NCBI GenBank assembly: GCA_032654565.1
Contig: JAULAX010000015.1
Span: forward strand, 384,001 to 448,000
Direction of reading: 5' to 3'
Source of the DNA: Anaeromyxobacteraceae bacterium
Lineage (GTDB): Bacteria; Myxococcota; Myxococcia; Myxococcales; Anaeromyxobacteraceae
DNA length: 64,000 bases
Shown here piece by piece: positions 45,801 through 57,119 of this stretch (its first letter is position 1; each line of letters begins with the position of its first letter). The notes under the pieces are model-generated. The model worked only from the letters and a program-made list of their open reading frames with translations, searched no databases and was not told the origin of the DNA. A program made the position numbers and the translations under genes.

Positions 45801-46041
45801 CGACCACGATGGGCGGCTTGTAGCCGTCGCAGTCGCTGTCCTTGAAGCACATCACCGCGGGGAGGACCACCTGGCCGAGGGCGTCGCGGCAGGAAGCGGC
45901 GGGCAGCTTGCTCACCGTGTAGTTGGGCGAGGCGTAGTAGTCGGCCTGGCCCACCTGCGCCAGCGACGACTGGAGGCCGCCGAGGAGCGTGAAGGCCGCA
46001 ACGACGAGCCGCGCGAAGGCGGTGGAAGCTCTCTTGTGCAT
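39847..46041 (-). CDS. Giant secreted multicopper oxidase (CotA/bilirubin oxidase; Geobacter OmpB/OmpC-like) with FN3, two ASH/choice-of-anchor-D and seven Ig-like repeats
   Basis: All four Cu motifs present: IHLHG, YHDH, HVIHFH and WHCHLLGHEENDM; signal peptide from ATG 46041. Confidence 0.88.
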   Translation of the reverse strand: MHKRASTAFARLVVAAFTLLGGLQSSLAQVGQADYYASPNYTVSKLPAASCRDALGQVVLPAVMCFKDSDCDGYKPPIVVGAQTYPGGATCTGPAAAGTGIRKFVDTLPVLCALGQVDTLGKCLPLAVPDTTTFPGDDYYEIGVKEYSTRFHTDLKNPAKQRGFHQINTTDPAVGQNQFLGPIILGQSYRPVRLKFVNELGTGAAGKLNLPVDTTLPGAGDGPDGTPYTENRVAIHLHGGNSPWISDGTQHQWTVPAGETTSVKKGAAVAYVPDMWFDASGKVIPECAKQMTCPIPGASNNPGEGQLSYYWPNEQSGRMMFYHDHAYGITRLNVMAGVAAGYLLANPTDEDALAAAGVPGTIGSAFFGSTPDPAYPATGADLTHLIPLVIQDRTFVPPSAQLAWYDRTWDSAKWGGEDSVWMPHVYTPNQWLANPDGSATNPYGRWDYGPFFWPPQQTLTTLDGQPRPLTVPCLSTAAVDLTLDPATGLPRNPTGQTECPSTPNPTLTPEGFLDTPIVNGTAYPTMTVDPTRYRFQILNAANDRYWNLSFFVAYTDPEAPQFVDTEVKMVKALPAYLPNIGFTGLGAPPAMCDPYAASPLSQVTGLPFGPDLPPAAPCTPLRWPSDGRVGGVPDPTMAGPRWVQIGTEGGILPAVAVSAPLPIVYEMNKRNIVITNISDHSLLLGPAERADVVVDFSQYAGKTLILYSDSPSPVPAGDPRTDYFTWGPDMTDSGGAPSVLPGYGPNTRTIMQVKVNAAGAVAATPLDDAEVARIDAALKARFPVSQLKPIVPQTVFSNMYVPAGSPVGTPPTPITVDTHLPISVQSLTFTPVGAAGPVTMPFQWKALHELFSTDYGRMNSLLAVEIPMTNWLGQTTIPYSNVDPATEFISDNVPALWKITHNGVDTHVIHFHLMNVQIINRVGWDGQIRAPDANELGWKESVRMNQLEDIYVALQPVKQKLPWPLPDMVRPLDVDRPLGTRTQFTGVDIYNNPINVTNQLFNFGQEYVWHCHLLGHEENDMLRAEVFVVAPEAPSALTASRQLMPKPVNMLSWQDNSMSAMTFQVQRDRTPDFLAPTVMTAPRPAKQPGLVTFSDPGPFVAGVTYYYRVRAEKVLTSIAVPGASWPEASAWSATATSGVAPIAQLNPTSRVFSNQVVNTQSGTRQFTLTNIGSAALTVASVGFTGLNPTDYVLVANGCVGALAVGQACDIGVAFKPLATGPSAATLSVVTDSVINPTQTAALSGFGTAPATPVALLNQATLAFSPQAILVKSLAKVVTIRNLGSAQLRNIATTVTGPFARATGGGNCGTTLNAGSTCNIYVTFTPTAGGPFTGTLTVASNDPANPSQVVSLTGAGLFPAATSVTVSALPAASSPAGSSVVFTAVGAGAPVGTVYSYRFWIFDGTTYTLAQDYSLVDTYTWAIPLAQNPGAYTIVADVRTNPTATLDATGSVAFTVTPVPAATVVAVAATPATSTPAGSSVTFTATGSGAPAGAVYSYRFWITNGATFTLVQDYSLNPSWTWNIPLAQVLGTYGIKVDVRTGPSANIDATTTFPYVVTTALATGVTLAAVPATSTAAGTTVTFTAAAAGGAPGAVYDYQFSVNGAVVQAFGAAIPLATYTWAIPLDQAPGAYTVSVDARTAPTAASVTSAPLTYTVDVAPAKAVTLAAVPATSSAAGTSVTFTAAASGGALAAVYDYQFTVMSGATVVASQAFGSVAGGSFAWAIPLDLAPGAYTVTAEAKAVGSAVVVSTSLAYTVDVAPATAVTLAAVPATSSAAGTTVTFTAAASGGALAAVYDYQFSVNGAVVQPFGAAVPLATYTMVTTVDTLPGLYTVSVEAKVVGSAVVVSASLPYTVDVAPATAVTLAAVPATSSAAGTTVTFTAAASGGALAAVYDYQFTVTSGATVVASQAFGSVAGGSFAWAVPLDLAPGAYTVTVDAKVVGSAVVVSASLAYTVDVAPATGVTLAAAVLGVPATTAAVGTTVDFTAAGSGGALAAVYDYQFTVSDGVTSTIVQAFGSATPLATYSWAIPLTALPGVYTVTAETMVVGTAVVVASAPLAFTVTP
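39850..41370 (-). repeat. Intragenic ~300-bp tandem repeats encoding the Ig-like stalk
   Basis: Near-identical blocks at 40324 vs 40921 (offset 597) and 40621 vs 41221 (offset 600). Confidence 0.9.
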
Positions 46042-46344
46042 GTGTGGTGTTCCCCTGTGATGGCTGCAGTGACTCTGCGTGAAGCGCTGCTTGGTCGCAG
46101 GGGCATAGATGCGACGTTCGGCCGCAAGTGTCATGTCGTGGCGTCATGGTGCAGGGCTCGGGAAATGCCGTGCGGTGGCGCGACGATGGGAGGGATTTGG
46201 GCGGTCGAACCTGCGGATCAACCCTGAGAAATCCGGGGCTTAAGAACTTGATCGCGGTCTAGATTATCGGTCCCGGAAGTGACAAGAAGAGACCAGTTCT
46301 CAGTGACATGAAGCGTTTACGACCCAAGAGTGACCGCGATCAAT

Positions 46345-46776
46345 TCAGCGGCGCTCACCCGAAGGTACGGGGCGCTGCGGCGCGTTCCCTGGCTGCTGCG
46401 GTGGCGGAGCCGGCGGGAGGCCCAGCCGCGCCCGGCGTGCCGCCTCGCGGGCGTTCCGCTGCTCGAAGGCGCCGCCGCGCCGCTGCTCGCGCAGCTCGAT
46501 CAGCGCGTCGGAGCGAGCCTCCCGGTTGGCCGGCATGGGAGGAGGCGGCGGACCGGTCTCCACGATCACGCCCGGGGCCAGCTGCGGCGGCGACGGCACC
46601 AGGAACCCATCGGCGGTCGCTTGAGGCGGCGCCCCGGCCGCGGACGGCTCCTCGGCGGGGCGCGCCACGGCCTCGGCGCGCGGCCCCTCCGGCTCGGTGA
46701 GCCGGTAGACGAGGAACATCGCCCCGGCGGTCAGGAGGAGGATCCCGAGGACCGCCAGGGCGAAGGTTCGACTCAC
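46345..46776 (-). CDS. Small membrane-anchored Pro-rich hypothetical protein
   Basis: N-terminal TM; starts 12 bp after the Kelch gene on the same strand. Confidence 0.65.
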   Translation of the reverse strand: MSRTFALAVLGILLLTAGAMFLVYRLTEPEGPRAEAVARPAEEPSAAGAPPQATADGFLVPSPPQLAPGVIVETGPPPPPMPANREARSDALIELREQRRGGAFEQRNAREAARRARLGLPPAPPPQQPGNAPQRPVPSGERR

Positions 46777-46788
46777 GGGTGGAGCGTC

Positions 46789-48423
46789 CTACGGGGCGCC
46801 GGCGAAGAGCTCGGCGTCGGCCAGCCCCTGGTCGCCGCTCGACCAGCCGCCCAGCACCAGCGCCTCGCCGGTGTCGAGCAGGGTGGAGCTGTGGAAGTAG
46901 CGGGCCACCGCCATCGGCTGGGTGAGCGCGAAGGTGCCCAGCACCGGGTCGTACTGCTCGGCGCTGGAGAGCGGCAGGGTGGCGCTGGTGCCGCCGGCCA
47001 GGAGCACGCGGCCGCTGGGGAGGAGCGTGGCGGTGTGCGCGTAGCGGGCCGCGTTGAGGGGGCCGGTGGTCTGGAAGGTGGTGGTGACCGGGTCGAACAG
47101 GTCGGCGCTGGCCAGGGCCCCGGCGCCGTAGCCGCCCGCCACCAGCACCGTGCCATCGCCGAGCAGCGTCGCGGTGTGGCTGTAGCGGGCGGCGTTCATC
47201 AGGCCGATGGCGGTGAAGGTGCCGGTGGCCGGGTTGAAGAGCTCGGCGGTGTCCACCGCGGCGCCGGTGAGGCCGTAGCCGCCGGTGATCAGCACCTGGC
47301 CGTCGCCGAGCAGCGTGGCGGCGTGCCAGTAGCGGGCCTGGTGCATGGCGCCGGTGGCGGTGAAGGTGCCGGTGGCCGGATCGTAGAGCTCCGCGGTGGC
47401 GAGCGGCGGGGCGCCGCCGGTGGACTGGAAGAGGCCGCCGGTGACCAGCACCTTCCCGGTCTGCAGCACCGTGGAGGCGTGGAAGAGTCGCGGCGAGGTC
47501 AGCAGGCCGGAGAAGGCGAAGGTCCCGCTGGTCGGGTCGTAGAGCTCGGTGGTGTTGAGCACGGTGCCGCCGCCAGGGCCGCCCTGGCCGCCGATGAGCA
47601 GCACCTTGCCGCCCTGGAGCAGGTCGGCGGTGTGGCTCTGCCGGGCCGCCAGCATGGCGCCGGTGTCGCTGAAGGCGCCGGCGGCCGGGTCGTAGAGCTC
47701 GGCGCTGGTCAGCGGCGCCGCCGAGAGGCCGTCACCGCCGGTGACCAGCACCTGGCCGTTGCCGAGCCGGGTGGCGGTCTGGTTCTGGCGCGCCGCCATC
47801 AGCGGCCCGGTGGGCGCGAACCCCTCGAGGCGGAGCTTGGCGATGTCGCTGGTGACGCTGCCGCCCCAGCCGTCCTCGACCACCACCCGGTAGACGGAGT
47901 TGTCGTCGGCGGCGGTGACCGGGGCGGTGGCGTAGGAGGCCCCGGTGGCGCCGGCGATGGCGACGCCGTTGAGCTGCCACTGGTAGGTGAGGGGGCCGGC
48001 GCCGGTGGCCTCCACGCTGAAGGTGACGACGGCGTCGAGCGCCACCACCTGGGTGGCCGGCTGGGTGACGATGACCGGCGCGTCGGGCTGGGCCACCGCG
48101 ATCGACAGGACCACCGAGGCGCTGCCGCCCGAGTTGGTGCCGGTGACGGTGAAGTCGGAGGCGGGGGCGACCACGGTGGGCGTCCCGCTGATGACGCCGG
48201 AGGTCCGGGAGATGATCAGCCCGGCCGGCAGGGCCGGCCAGACGCTGTACGCGGAGACGGCGCCGCCGCCGACGCTGGGCCGGTTCGGCGTGATGGCCGT
48301 CCCGGCGGTGTAGAGCGCGGTGGTGGTGGCGTAGGTGAGGCCGACCGGCGCCGGATCATTGCCACTGCAAGCGGACACGACGAAGGCGAGCGCGAGCGCC
48401 GCCGAGCGAAGAATACGAGTCAT
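46789..48423 (-). CDS. Lipoprotein with two Ig-like domains and a 7-bladed Kelch propeller
   Basis: Lipobox VSAC; GVISGTPT; GPLTYQW; seven R.xH.ATLL..G.VL..GG...AELYDP repeats. Confidence 0.88.
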   Translation of the reverse strand: MTRILRSAALALAFVVSACSGNDPAPVGLTYATTTALYTAGTAITPNRPSVGGGAVSAYSVWPALPAGLIISRTSGVISGTPTVVAPASDFTVTGTNSGGSASVVLSIAVAQPDAPVIVTQPATQVVALDAVVTFSVEATGAGPLTYQWQLNGVAIAGATGASYATAPVTAADDNSVYRVVVEDGWGGSVTSDIAKLRLEGFAPTGPLMAARQNQTATRLGNGQVLVTGGDGLSAAPLTSAELYDPAAGAFSDTGAMLAARQSHTADLLQGGKVLLIGGQGGPGGGTVLNTTELYDPTSGTFAFSGLLTSPRLFHASTVLQTGKVLVTGGLFQSTGGAPPLATAELYDPATGTFTATGAMHQARYWHAATLLGDGQVLITGGYGLTGAAVDTAELFNPATGTFTAIGLMNAARYSHTATLLGDGTVLVAGGYGAGALASADLFDPVTTTFQTTGPLNAARYAHTATLLPSGRVLLAGGTSATLPLSSAEQYDPVLGTFALTQPMAVARYFHSSTLLDTGEALVLGGWSSGDQGLADAELFAGAP

Positions 48424-48694
48424 GGTGTGAGGTCCCCGTCCAAAAGTCTAAGGCAGCATCTTCCCGATCGAGGACCAATGCGACTTTCGGCCGCGCCCGT
48501 CACGTCGTGGAACCATGGCTCAGGTGGGACGCGGCGCCGGGAGCCGGTGGTCGGATCGAGGCCAGCGATGGGGGGCGGTCGGTCGACGGTCCTTAGAATT
48601 CCGGGGCTTAGGAAGTCACCCGGGGCGGACCAGGGGTGGGGGGCCGCCCGGCTGGAGCTCCTGAGTTACCGGACGCATCAAACGCTTACGCCCC

Positions 48695-49198
48695 TTATTC
48701 GCCACCCGGCCAGGCGTGGACGGTGACGAAGTAGGCCACCCCGTTCTTCTCGCCGGTCACCTGGTGGATGATCCGCTTCCCCTTCTCGATGGTCAGGCGC
48801 GACTGGGTGTTGCGCTGCGCCAGGGCCACCTCGATGGTGACGTTCCGCCCGTTGCTCTCCTGCACCGTCAGCGCCACGTGGTCGCCGTTGGGCAGGTCGA
48901 TGAACTCGGTCTTCTTCACCGCCATGCGGAAGTCGCGCTCGCTCAGCTGCTCCCAGCGCTGGTAGGCCAGCTTGCCGAGCTGCTGCTTGAGCGGCGCCAT
49001 GCCGGGCGGCAGCGAGGCCGGCCCCTGGCGGGAGCCCTTGATGACCCGCACCCGCACCGGCACTGGGGCGCCCTGGGGGGCCGCCGCCGGGGTGGCCTGG
49101 CCCGGGGCCTGGGGCGGGCTGGCCGGCTCGGCGGCGGCGGCGGCGGGGGTGGAGAGCAGGGCGGGGAGCAGCAGCGCGGCCACGGCGAAGCGGATCAT
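48695..49198 (-). CDS. Secreted hypothetical protein, third gene of the ECF operon
   Basis: Signal peptide; ATGA overlap with the anti-sigma gene. Confidence 0.75.
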   Translation of the reverse strand: MIRFAVAALLLPALLSTPAAAAAEPASPPQAPGQATPAAAPQGAPVPVRVRVIKGSRQGPASLPPGMAPLKQQLGKLAYQRWEQLSERDFRMAVKKTEFIDLPNGDHVALTVQESNGRNVTIEVALAQRNTQSRLTIEKGKRIIHQVTGEKNGVAYFVTVHAWPGGE

Positions 49199-49671
49199 GT
49201 TTCCTCGTCGTCGTCGTCGATGAGGACCAGCGGCCCGTCGATCGACTGGATGATGGTGGTGGCCCCCTCGGAGTTGACCTCGAGCGAGGAGGCGGTCAGC
49301 TCGCTCCCGGCGCCGCGCTGGACGTAGAGCGCCACCAGCAGGGCGGCGGCGATGGGGGCCAGCGTGCCGCCCACCGCGAACCAGGGGTGGAGGATGATGG
49401 ACCGCCGCAGGCGGGCCAGCGGGCCGAAGCGGCGGCGCTCGATGCGCGCCACCACCTGGCCGGCGAAGTCGGTGAAGTCGCGGCGGGCCGCCACCGCCAG
49501 CAGGGTCTCGGAGACCAGCCCCTCGGTGACCGCCAACGAGACCGCCCAGCGGTGGCAGCCCTCGCAGCCGGCCACGTGATCGGCCAGGGCCGCGGCCTCG
49601 GCGGGCGGGAGCTCCCCCTCGCGGGAGCCGATGAGCGGTCGGTAGCTGGTGCAGTCGGCCATGGTGGTCAC
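49195..49671 (-). CDS. Zinc-binding anti-sigma factor (zf-HC2) with one TM
   Basis: HVAGCEGC matches Hx3Cx2C; directly downstream of an ECF sigma. Confidence 0.85.
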   Translation of the reverse strand: MTTMADCTSYRPLIGSREGELPPAEAAALADHVAGCEGCHRWAVSLAVTEGLVSETLLAVAARRDFTDFAGQVVARIERRRFGPLARLRRSIILHPWFAVGGTLAPIAAALLVALYVQRGAGSELTASSLEVNSEGATTIIQSIDGPLVLIDDDDEET

Positions 49672-49678
49672 GCTGGTG

Positions 49679-50290
49679 CTACGCCTCTCCCCCGGGTGTC
49701 TCTCTCCACGACGGGCTGGCGTCCCGCGCCAGCGCCGCCTGCATCTTCTTGCGGGCGTGGAAGAGCCGGCTCATCACCGTGCCCTTCTGCACCCCGAGCC
49801 GCTCCGCCAGCTCATCGTAGGAGAGCCCCTCCACCTCGCGCAGCACCAGGATGGTCCGGTGGATCTCCGGCAGCCGGTCCAGCGCCGCCTCCATCCGCTC
49901 CCCCAGCTCGCGCCGCAGCAGGTTGGCGGCCGGGTCGTTGCCCAGCGGCGTGGAGAGGATGCCCTCGCCGGCCTCGCCGATCAGCTCCTCGGCCACGTCC
50001 TCGAGCTGGTCCCGCCGGTTCTTCCGCTCGCGGCGGAGCGAGTCGATGGCCAGGTGGCTGGCGATGCGCAGCACCCAGGTCTGGAAGCTCGACTCCCCCT
50101 TGAACTCGGCGAGGTGGCCGTGGACCCGCACGAAGGCCTCCTGGGAGACGTCCCAGGCCTGGTCGGTGTCCTTCACGATGCCGAGCGCCACGGCGTAGAC
50201 CTTCCTCTGGTAGCGGACCACCAGCGCCGTGAAGGCGTCGGTGTCACCGGCTCTGGCTGCGTCCACCAGCGCGAGGTCGTCCACTTCCAA
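49679..50290 (-). CDS. ECF RNA polymerase sigma factor
   Basis: GDTDAFTALVVRYQ, DVSQEAF, FQTWVLRIA and EGLSYDELAERLG..GTVMSRLFHAR motifs. Confidence 0.93.
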   Translation of the reverse strand: MEVDDLALVDAARAGDTDAFTALVVRYQRKVYAVALGIVKDTDQAWDVSQEAFVRVHGHLAEFKGESSFQTWVLRIASHLAIDSLRRERKNRRDQLEDVAEELIGEAGEGILSTPLGNDPAANLLRRELGERMEAALDRLPEIHRTILVLREVEGLSYDELAERLGVQKGTVMSRLFHARKKMQAALARDASPSWRETPGGEA

Positions 50291-50455
50291 TGGGTTCAGA
50301 CGGGGCGAGGGGGGGCGAAATTCACCGAGGCGTGGTCCTGCTTATCACACCGCCTCGGGCGGGGAGGGTGGCCGTCGGGGGCCGGAGGCCTTACCATGTC
50401 CATCTGCCCGTAGTGCCGCCGCTTTCTCCTGACCGAGAGTAATCCCGAGGAACCC

Positions 50456-53400
50456 GTGGAAGCCCCGGTGACCCCCCCCGAACAGACGCTCTCCGGCCTC
50501 CTGGCCCGGGCCCGGCGGCGAGCCCGGCGGCTGGCGGCCGCCGAGTGGGGCGGGCGGTGGCTGGCCGGGGCCCTGGCGGTCCTGCTCCTCGGCACCGGGC
50601 TGCTGGCGGCCGGGGTTCGCGCCGCCCCGGTCCGGTGGCTGGCGCTGGCGGCGCTGGCGGCGACGCTGGCCGTGGCCGGCCGGCGGCTCTGGCGGGCCTG
50701 GCGCGGCAGCGGCCCGGACCAGGCGGTGGCCCGGCTGGTCACCGCCGCCAGCCCGGGGCTCCGCTCCGACCTGGTCTCGGCGGTGGAGCTGGCCCGGGCC
50801 CGCGACGGCCTGGCCGCCTCCGGCGCCGCCTCGCTCACGCTGCTCGACGCCCACCTGGACCGGGCCGCCCGGGCCGCCGCCGGCCTCGACCTCGTGGCCG
50901 CGCTCCCCGGCCGCCGCGCCCGCCGCGCCGCCTGGATGCTGACCGCCCTGCTCGCCGCCCTGCTGGTGGCGGGGCTCGCCGGCGGCCCCGGCGCCCGGCG
51001 CCACGCCCGGCGGCTGCTGGCCGGCGACCCGGCCGCGGCGGTCGGCCCGTCGCTGGAGTCGATCACCGGCGACCTGGAGCTCTCCTTCCGCTACCCGGCC
51101 CACACCCGCCTCCCCCCGCGGCTCCTCTCCGGCAGCAACGGCGAGATCCGGGCGCCGCGCGGCACCGAGGTGGGGATGCGCACCCGCGCCGACCGGGTGG
51201 TCGAGGCGGCCGAGCTCACCCTGCTCAAGCCCGACGGCGCCGTGGCCGGGCGGGTGGCGCTGGCGGTGGCCGGCGGCCGCGAGCTCTCCGGTTCACTGGT
51301 GGTCAACGAGGGGGGCAGCTACCGCTTCCGCTTCGCCACCGCCCGCGGCGCCACGGTCGCCGAGGGGCCGCCCATCCCGCTGGTGGTGGAGCCGGACGCC
51401 TTCCCCACCGTCCGCCTCACCGCCCCGGAGCCGGAGCTGGAGGTGGCCCCCGACGCCGTGGTCCGCGTCGAGTGGTCGGCCGAGGACGACTACGGCCTGG
51501 CGGCGCTGGCGCTGGTGGTGCGCGCCCCCGGCGGCGCCGAGTCGCGGCGGCCGCTGCGGGCCCTGGCCGGCCTGCGGCGCGACGCCGGCGGCTTCGACCT
51601 GCCGCTGGCCGCCGAGCGGCTCGGCGAGGGGGAGCGGCTGCTCTACTGGCTGGAGGTGGAGGACAACGACGCCGTCTCCGGGCCCAAGAAGGGGGCCTCG
51701 GCCACCCAGTCGATCCGGATCTACAGCGAGGCCGAGCACCGCCGCGCCGCGCTGGAGAAGGCCCGGGCCGCCTGGGAGCGGCTGGTGGCCCACCTGGCCG
51801 CCCGGCTGGAGCTGGCCGACGGCGGGCCGGTGGCCACGCCGACGCGGCTGCCGCTGGGGGCGGCGCTCGACCTGGAGGCCCGCGCCCTCCACCAGGCGGC
51901 CGCCGCCACCGCCGCCGAGCTGCGGCGGGACCCGGCGGCGCCCCGCGAGGTGGCCCAGGCGCTGGCCAACGTGGCCGCCTCGCTGCGGACCGCCGAGCAG
52001 CGGGCCACCGCGGTCCGCCAGGGGGCGCTGCGGGCCGTGGCCGCCGCCCAGCCGCCGGGGGCGGCCGCCGGGCAGGTGGAGTGGGCCGACGGCCTGCTCA
52101 CCGCCGAGCTGGAGAAGGACGTCCTCTACCTGGAGCAGCTCTTCGACAAGACCCGCGCCGGCGAGCTGGTGCGGCTGGCCCGCGAGCTCTCGGCCCGCAA
52201 GCGCGAGCTGCAGGCGGTGCTGGAGAGGCTGCGCGACCAGCCCGGCGACGCCGCCCGGCAGGAGGCGCTGGCCCAGCTGCAGCGGCTCAAGGCCCGCATG
52301 CAGGAGCTGCAGGCCCGCCTCGCCGAGACGGCGCGCGGCTTCAACGACCAGCACCTCAACGCCGAGGCCCTGGCCGAGCTCTCGAGGCAGAGGGACATGG
52401 CCTCGCCGCTCGAGGCCATCGAGAATGCCATCCGCGAGGGCGACCTGGCCGCCGCCATGAAGTCGCTCGACCAGCTCTCGCAGCAGCTCGACCAGCTGGC
52501 CTCCGGGCTGGAGAAGACCGCCGCCGAGCCGGACGCCGGGCAGCGGGCGCTGATGGAGGAGATGCTGGCCTTCAAGGAGCAGCTGGAGCAGGTGGAGCGG
52601 CAGCAGCAGGCGGCGGCGGAGGCCACCGAGCGGGTGCGCAACGAGGTGCGCCAGCGGCTGGGGCCGAAGCTGGAGGAGGCCCGCCAGGGGGCAGCGGCGC
52701 TGGAGCAGCTGGCCCGGGAGGCCCGCGAGGCGCTCGACCAGGCCCAGCCCGGCGTGCCGGCGCGCGGCGAGCCCGACCTGGACGCCGCCCGCGAGGCGCT
52801 GGCCGACCTGCAGCGGGCCCTGGCGCTGCGCGACCTCGACGCCGCCGGCGAGCAGGCGGCGCGGGCGGCCGGGCCGACGCAGCGGCTGCAGGCGTCGCTG
52901 GAGGAGGACCGGGCGCTGGCCGAGCGCTTCCCCGGCGCCACCGGCAAGGACCCCACCGTGCTCAAGGCCGCCGAGGCCCAGGTGAAGGAGGCCGGGCCGC
53001 GCATCGCCCGCATCCGCGACCGGCTCCGCAAGCTCACCCCCGACCCCCAGCAGGCCATGACCCCGGGTGACAAGCAGCGGCTCGCCGAGCTGGCCGGCGC
53101 CCAGGCCGGGCTGGAGCGCAAGGCCGGCGAGCTGCAGCAGAAGCTGGGGGCGCTGGCCGAGAAGGCGCCCATCTTCCCGCCCCAGGCCCAGGGGCTGCTC
53201 GGCGAGAGCCGCGGCCACATGGGCACCGCCGCCGGCGAGCTGCGCGGGCGCAACCCGCAGCGCGGCCACGGCGAGCAGCAGGCGGCGCTGGAGCGGCTCG
53301 GCCAGTTCAGGAAGGGGCTGGAGCAGGCGGCCCGGCAGGGCGGCGGAAAGGGCGGCGGCTTCCCATTCCCGTTCGGCGAGACCGGCGGAGCCGGCGAGCG

Positions 53401-53569
53401 CGAGGGGGAGGCCGGCGATCCCACCGCGCAGAAGGTGGTCATCCCCGGCGCCGAGGCCCACCGGCTGCCCGAGGAGTTCCGCCGCGACCTGCTCGAGGCC
53501 ATGAAGCAGGGGGCGCCGGAGCGGTACCGCGGCGAGGTGCAGCGCTACTACGAGGAGCTGGTCAAGTGA
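50456..53569 (+). CDS. DUF4175-like membrane-anchored coiled-coil protein
   Basis: N-terminal TMs, [24 protein letters not shown], long coiled coil and C-terminal YYEELVK. Confidence 0.78.
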   Translation: MEAPVTPPEQTLSGLLARARRRARRLAAAEWGGRWLAGALAVLLLGTGLLAAGVRAAPVRWLALAALAATLAVAGRRLWRAWRGSGPDQAVARLVTAASPGLRSDLVSAVELARARDGLAASGAASLTLLDAHLDRAARAAAGLDLVAALPGRRARRAAWMLTALLAALLVAGLAGGPGARRHARRLLAGDPAAAVGPSLESITGDLELSFRYPAHTRLPPRLLSGSNGEIRAPRGTEVGMRTRADRVVEAAELTLLKPDGAVAGRVALAVAGGRELSGSLVVNEGGSYRFRFATARGATVAEGPPIPLVVEPDAFPTVRLTAPEPELEVAPDAVVRVEWSAEDDYGLAALALVVRAPGGAESRRPLRALAGLRRDAGGFDLPLAAERLGEGERLLYWLEVEDNDAVSGPKKGASATQSIRIYSEAEHRRAALEKARAAWERLVAHLAARLELADGGPVATPTRLPLGAALDLEARALHQAAAATAAELRRDPAAPREVAQALANVAASLRTAEQRATAVRQGALRAVAAAQPPGAAAGQVEWADGLLTAELEKDVLYLEQLFDKTRAGELVRLARELSARKRELQAVLERLRDQPGDAARQEALAQLQRLKARMQELQARLAETARGFNDQHLNAEALAELSRQRDMASPLEAIENAIREGDLAAAMKSLDQLSQQLDQLASGLEKTAAEPDAGQRALMEEMLAFKEQLEQVERQQQAAAEATERVRNEVRQRLGPKLEEARQGAAALEQLAREAREALDQAQPGVPARGEPDLDAAREALADLQRALALRDLDAAGEQAARAAGPTQRLQASLEEDRALAERFPGATGKDPTVLKAAEAQVKEAGPRIARIRDRLRKLTPDPQQAMTPGDKQRLAELAGAQAGLERKAGELQQKLGALAEKAPIFPPQAQGLLGESRGHMGTAAGELRGRNPQRGHGEQQAALERLGQFRKGLEQAARQGGGKGGGFPFPFGETGGAGEREGEAGDPTAQKVVIPGAEAHRLPEEFRRDLLEAMKQGAPERYRGEVQRYYEELVK

Positions 53570-55205
53570 TGGTCTCCCTGTCCCTGTCCCTGTCCGCCCT
53601 GCTGGCCCTGGCCGTGGCCGGCGCCTCCACGTCCCCTCCGTCGGGCCCGGTCTCCGGCCCCGTGTCCGGCCCCGTGTCCGGCCCGGCCTCCGGCCTGGCC
53701 GCGCCGCCGTCGACCCTGGCCGAGGCGGTCCGCCGGCTCCACGACGAGGACGTGGCCGGCGCCGCCCCGGTCATCGAGGCGGCCGCCGCCGCCCGGGCCG
53801 CCGACCCGGTGGCGAGGATGGCGCTCGGCCAGCTCCGCTTCTTCCAGCACCGCTACGCCGAGGCGGTGGCGCTGCTGGAGGGCGCCGCGCCGGGCGCCGA
53901 CCCCACCGGCCTGCTGCGGCTGGCCCGCGCCGGCGTCGAGCTGGGGCGGGGCTGGTCGGAGACCGAGGGCGAGCACTTCGTCATCGCCTGGCCCACCGGC
54001 AAGGACGAGGTGCTGGTCCCCTACCTGCTGGAGGCGCTGGAGGCGCAGCGGGCGGCGCTGGCGGCCGACCTGGGCGTGTCCCCGCCGGAGAAGGTGCGGG
54101 TGGAGATCCTCGGCTCGCCCCGGGACCTGTCGCGCCTCTCCTCGCTCTCCGACGCCGAGATCCGCGGCTCCGGAACCATCGCCCTGTGCAAGTACGGCAA
54201 GCTCATGCTGGTGTCCCCGAAGGCGCTCTTCACCGGCTACGACTGGCTCGACACCGCCGCCCACGAGTACGTCCACTACGCGGTGATGCGCGCCGCCGGG
54301 CCGGCCACCCCCATCTGGCTCCACGAGGGGCTGGCCAAGTGGCTGGAGACCCGCTGGCGCGGCGCCGGCGGGCAGGACTTCTCCCCCTTCTCGGCGGCGC
54401 TGGTGCGGCGCGCCGTGGAGAAGAAGACCCTGGTCACCTTCGAGCAGATGCACCCCTCGATGGCCAAGCTGCCCACCCAGGAGCAGGCGGCGCTGGCCTT
54501 CGCCGAGGTGGCGCTGGCGGTGGAGCTGATGGTGCAGCGGGGCGGGACCCCGGCGCTGGCCCGCACCCTGACGCTGCTGGCCGGCGGCACGCCGGTGGAG
54601 ACCGCGGTGGCGGTGGCCATGAACCAGCCCTGGACCGAGTTCATGGCGGGGTGGCGGCGCTACCTCGGCGCCCGGCCGCTGCCGAAGGGCGGGGCCCAGG
54701 CGCTGCGCCGGCTCCGCTTCGCCGACGACCCGAAGCAGGGCGGGCCGTGGGCGGAGTGGGCCGAGCTGGAGGACCCCAGGGCCCGCGAGTTCGCCAGGCT
54801 CGGCGAGCTGCTGCGCGAGCGGGGGCGGCCGGTGGCGGCGCGCCAGGAGTACCGAAAGGCGCTCGACCGCGGCGGGGGGAAGGTGGCGGTGCTGGCCAAC
54901 CAGTTCGCGGTGGTGGCCATCCAGACCGGCAAGCAGGCCGAGGCCGAGAAGGTGCTGGCCGAGGCGCTGGCCTGGAACCCCGACCACGCCGCGCTGCGGG
55001 TGCGGCTCGGCAGGCTCAAGCTGGCCAAGAAGGACTACGCCGGGGCCCGCGAGCAGCTGACGCTGGCCAACCGCCAGGACCCGTTCGACCCGGAGATCCA
55101 CGCCGGGCTGGCCCTGGCGCTCGAGCCGCTCGGCGACCCGGGCGGCGCCTCGCGCGAGCGGCGCTTCGCGGAGATACTGCAGCAGAAGAGGGGACACGCC
55201 ACGCC

Positions 55206-55209
<4 letters not shown>
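53566..55209 (+). CDS. Secreted TPR-containing peptidase MA (gluzincin)-like protein
   Basis: HEYVH followed by WLHEGLA; TPR-like helices at both ends. Confidence 0.8.
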
Positions 55210-56213
<1,004 letters not shown>

Positions 56214-56216
56214 CCG

Positions 56217-57115
<899 letters not shown>

Positions 57116-57119
<4 letters not shown>

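Noticed and set aside
49679..50290. ECF sigma as copper-sensing CorE
   Set aside because: No Cys-rich C-terminal domain, and it has a conventional zf-HC2 anti-sigma partner.
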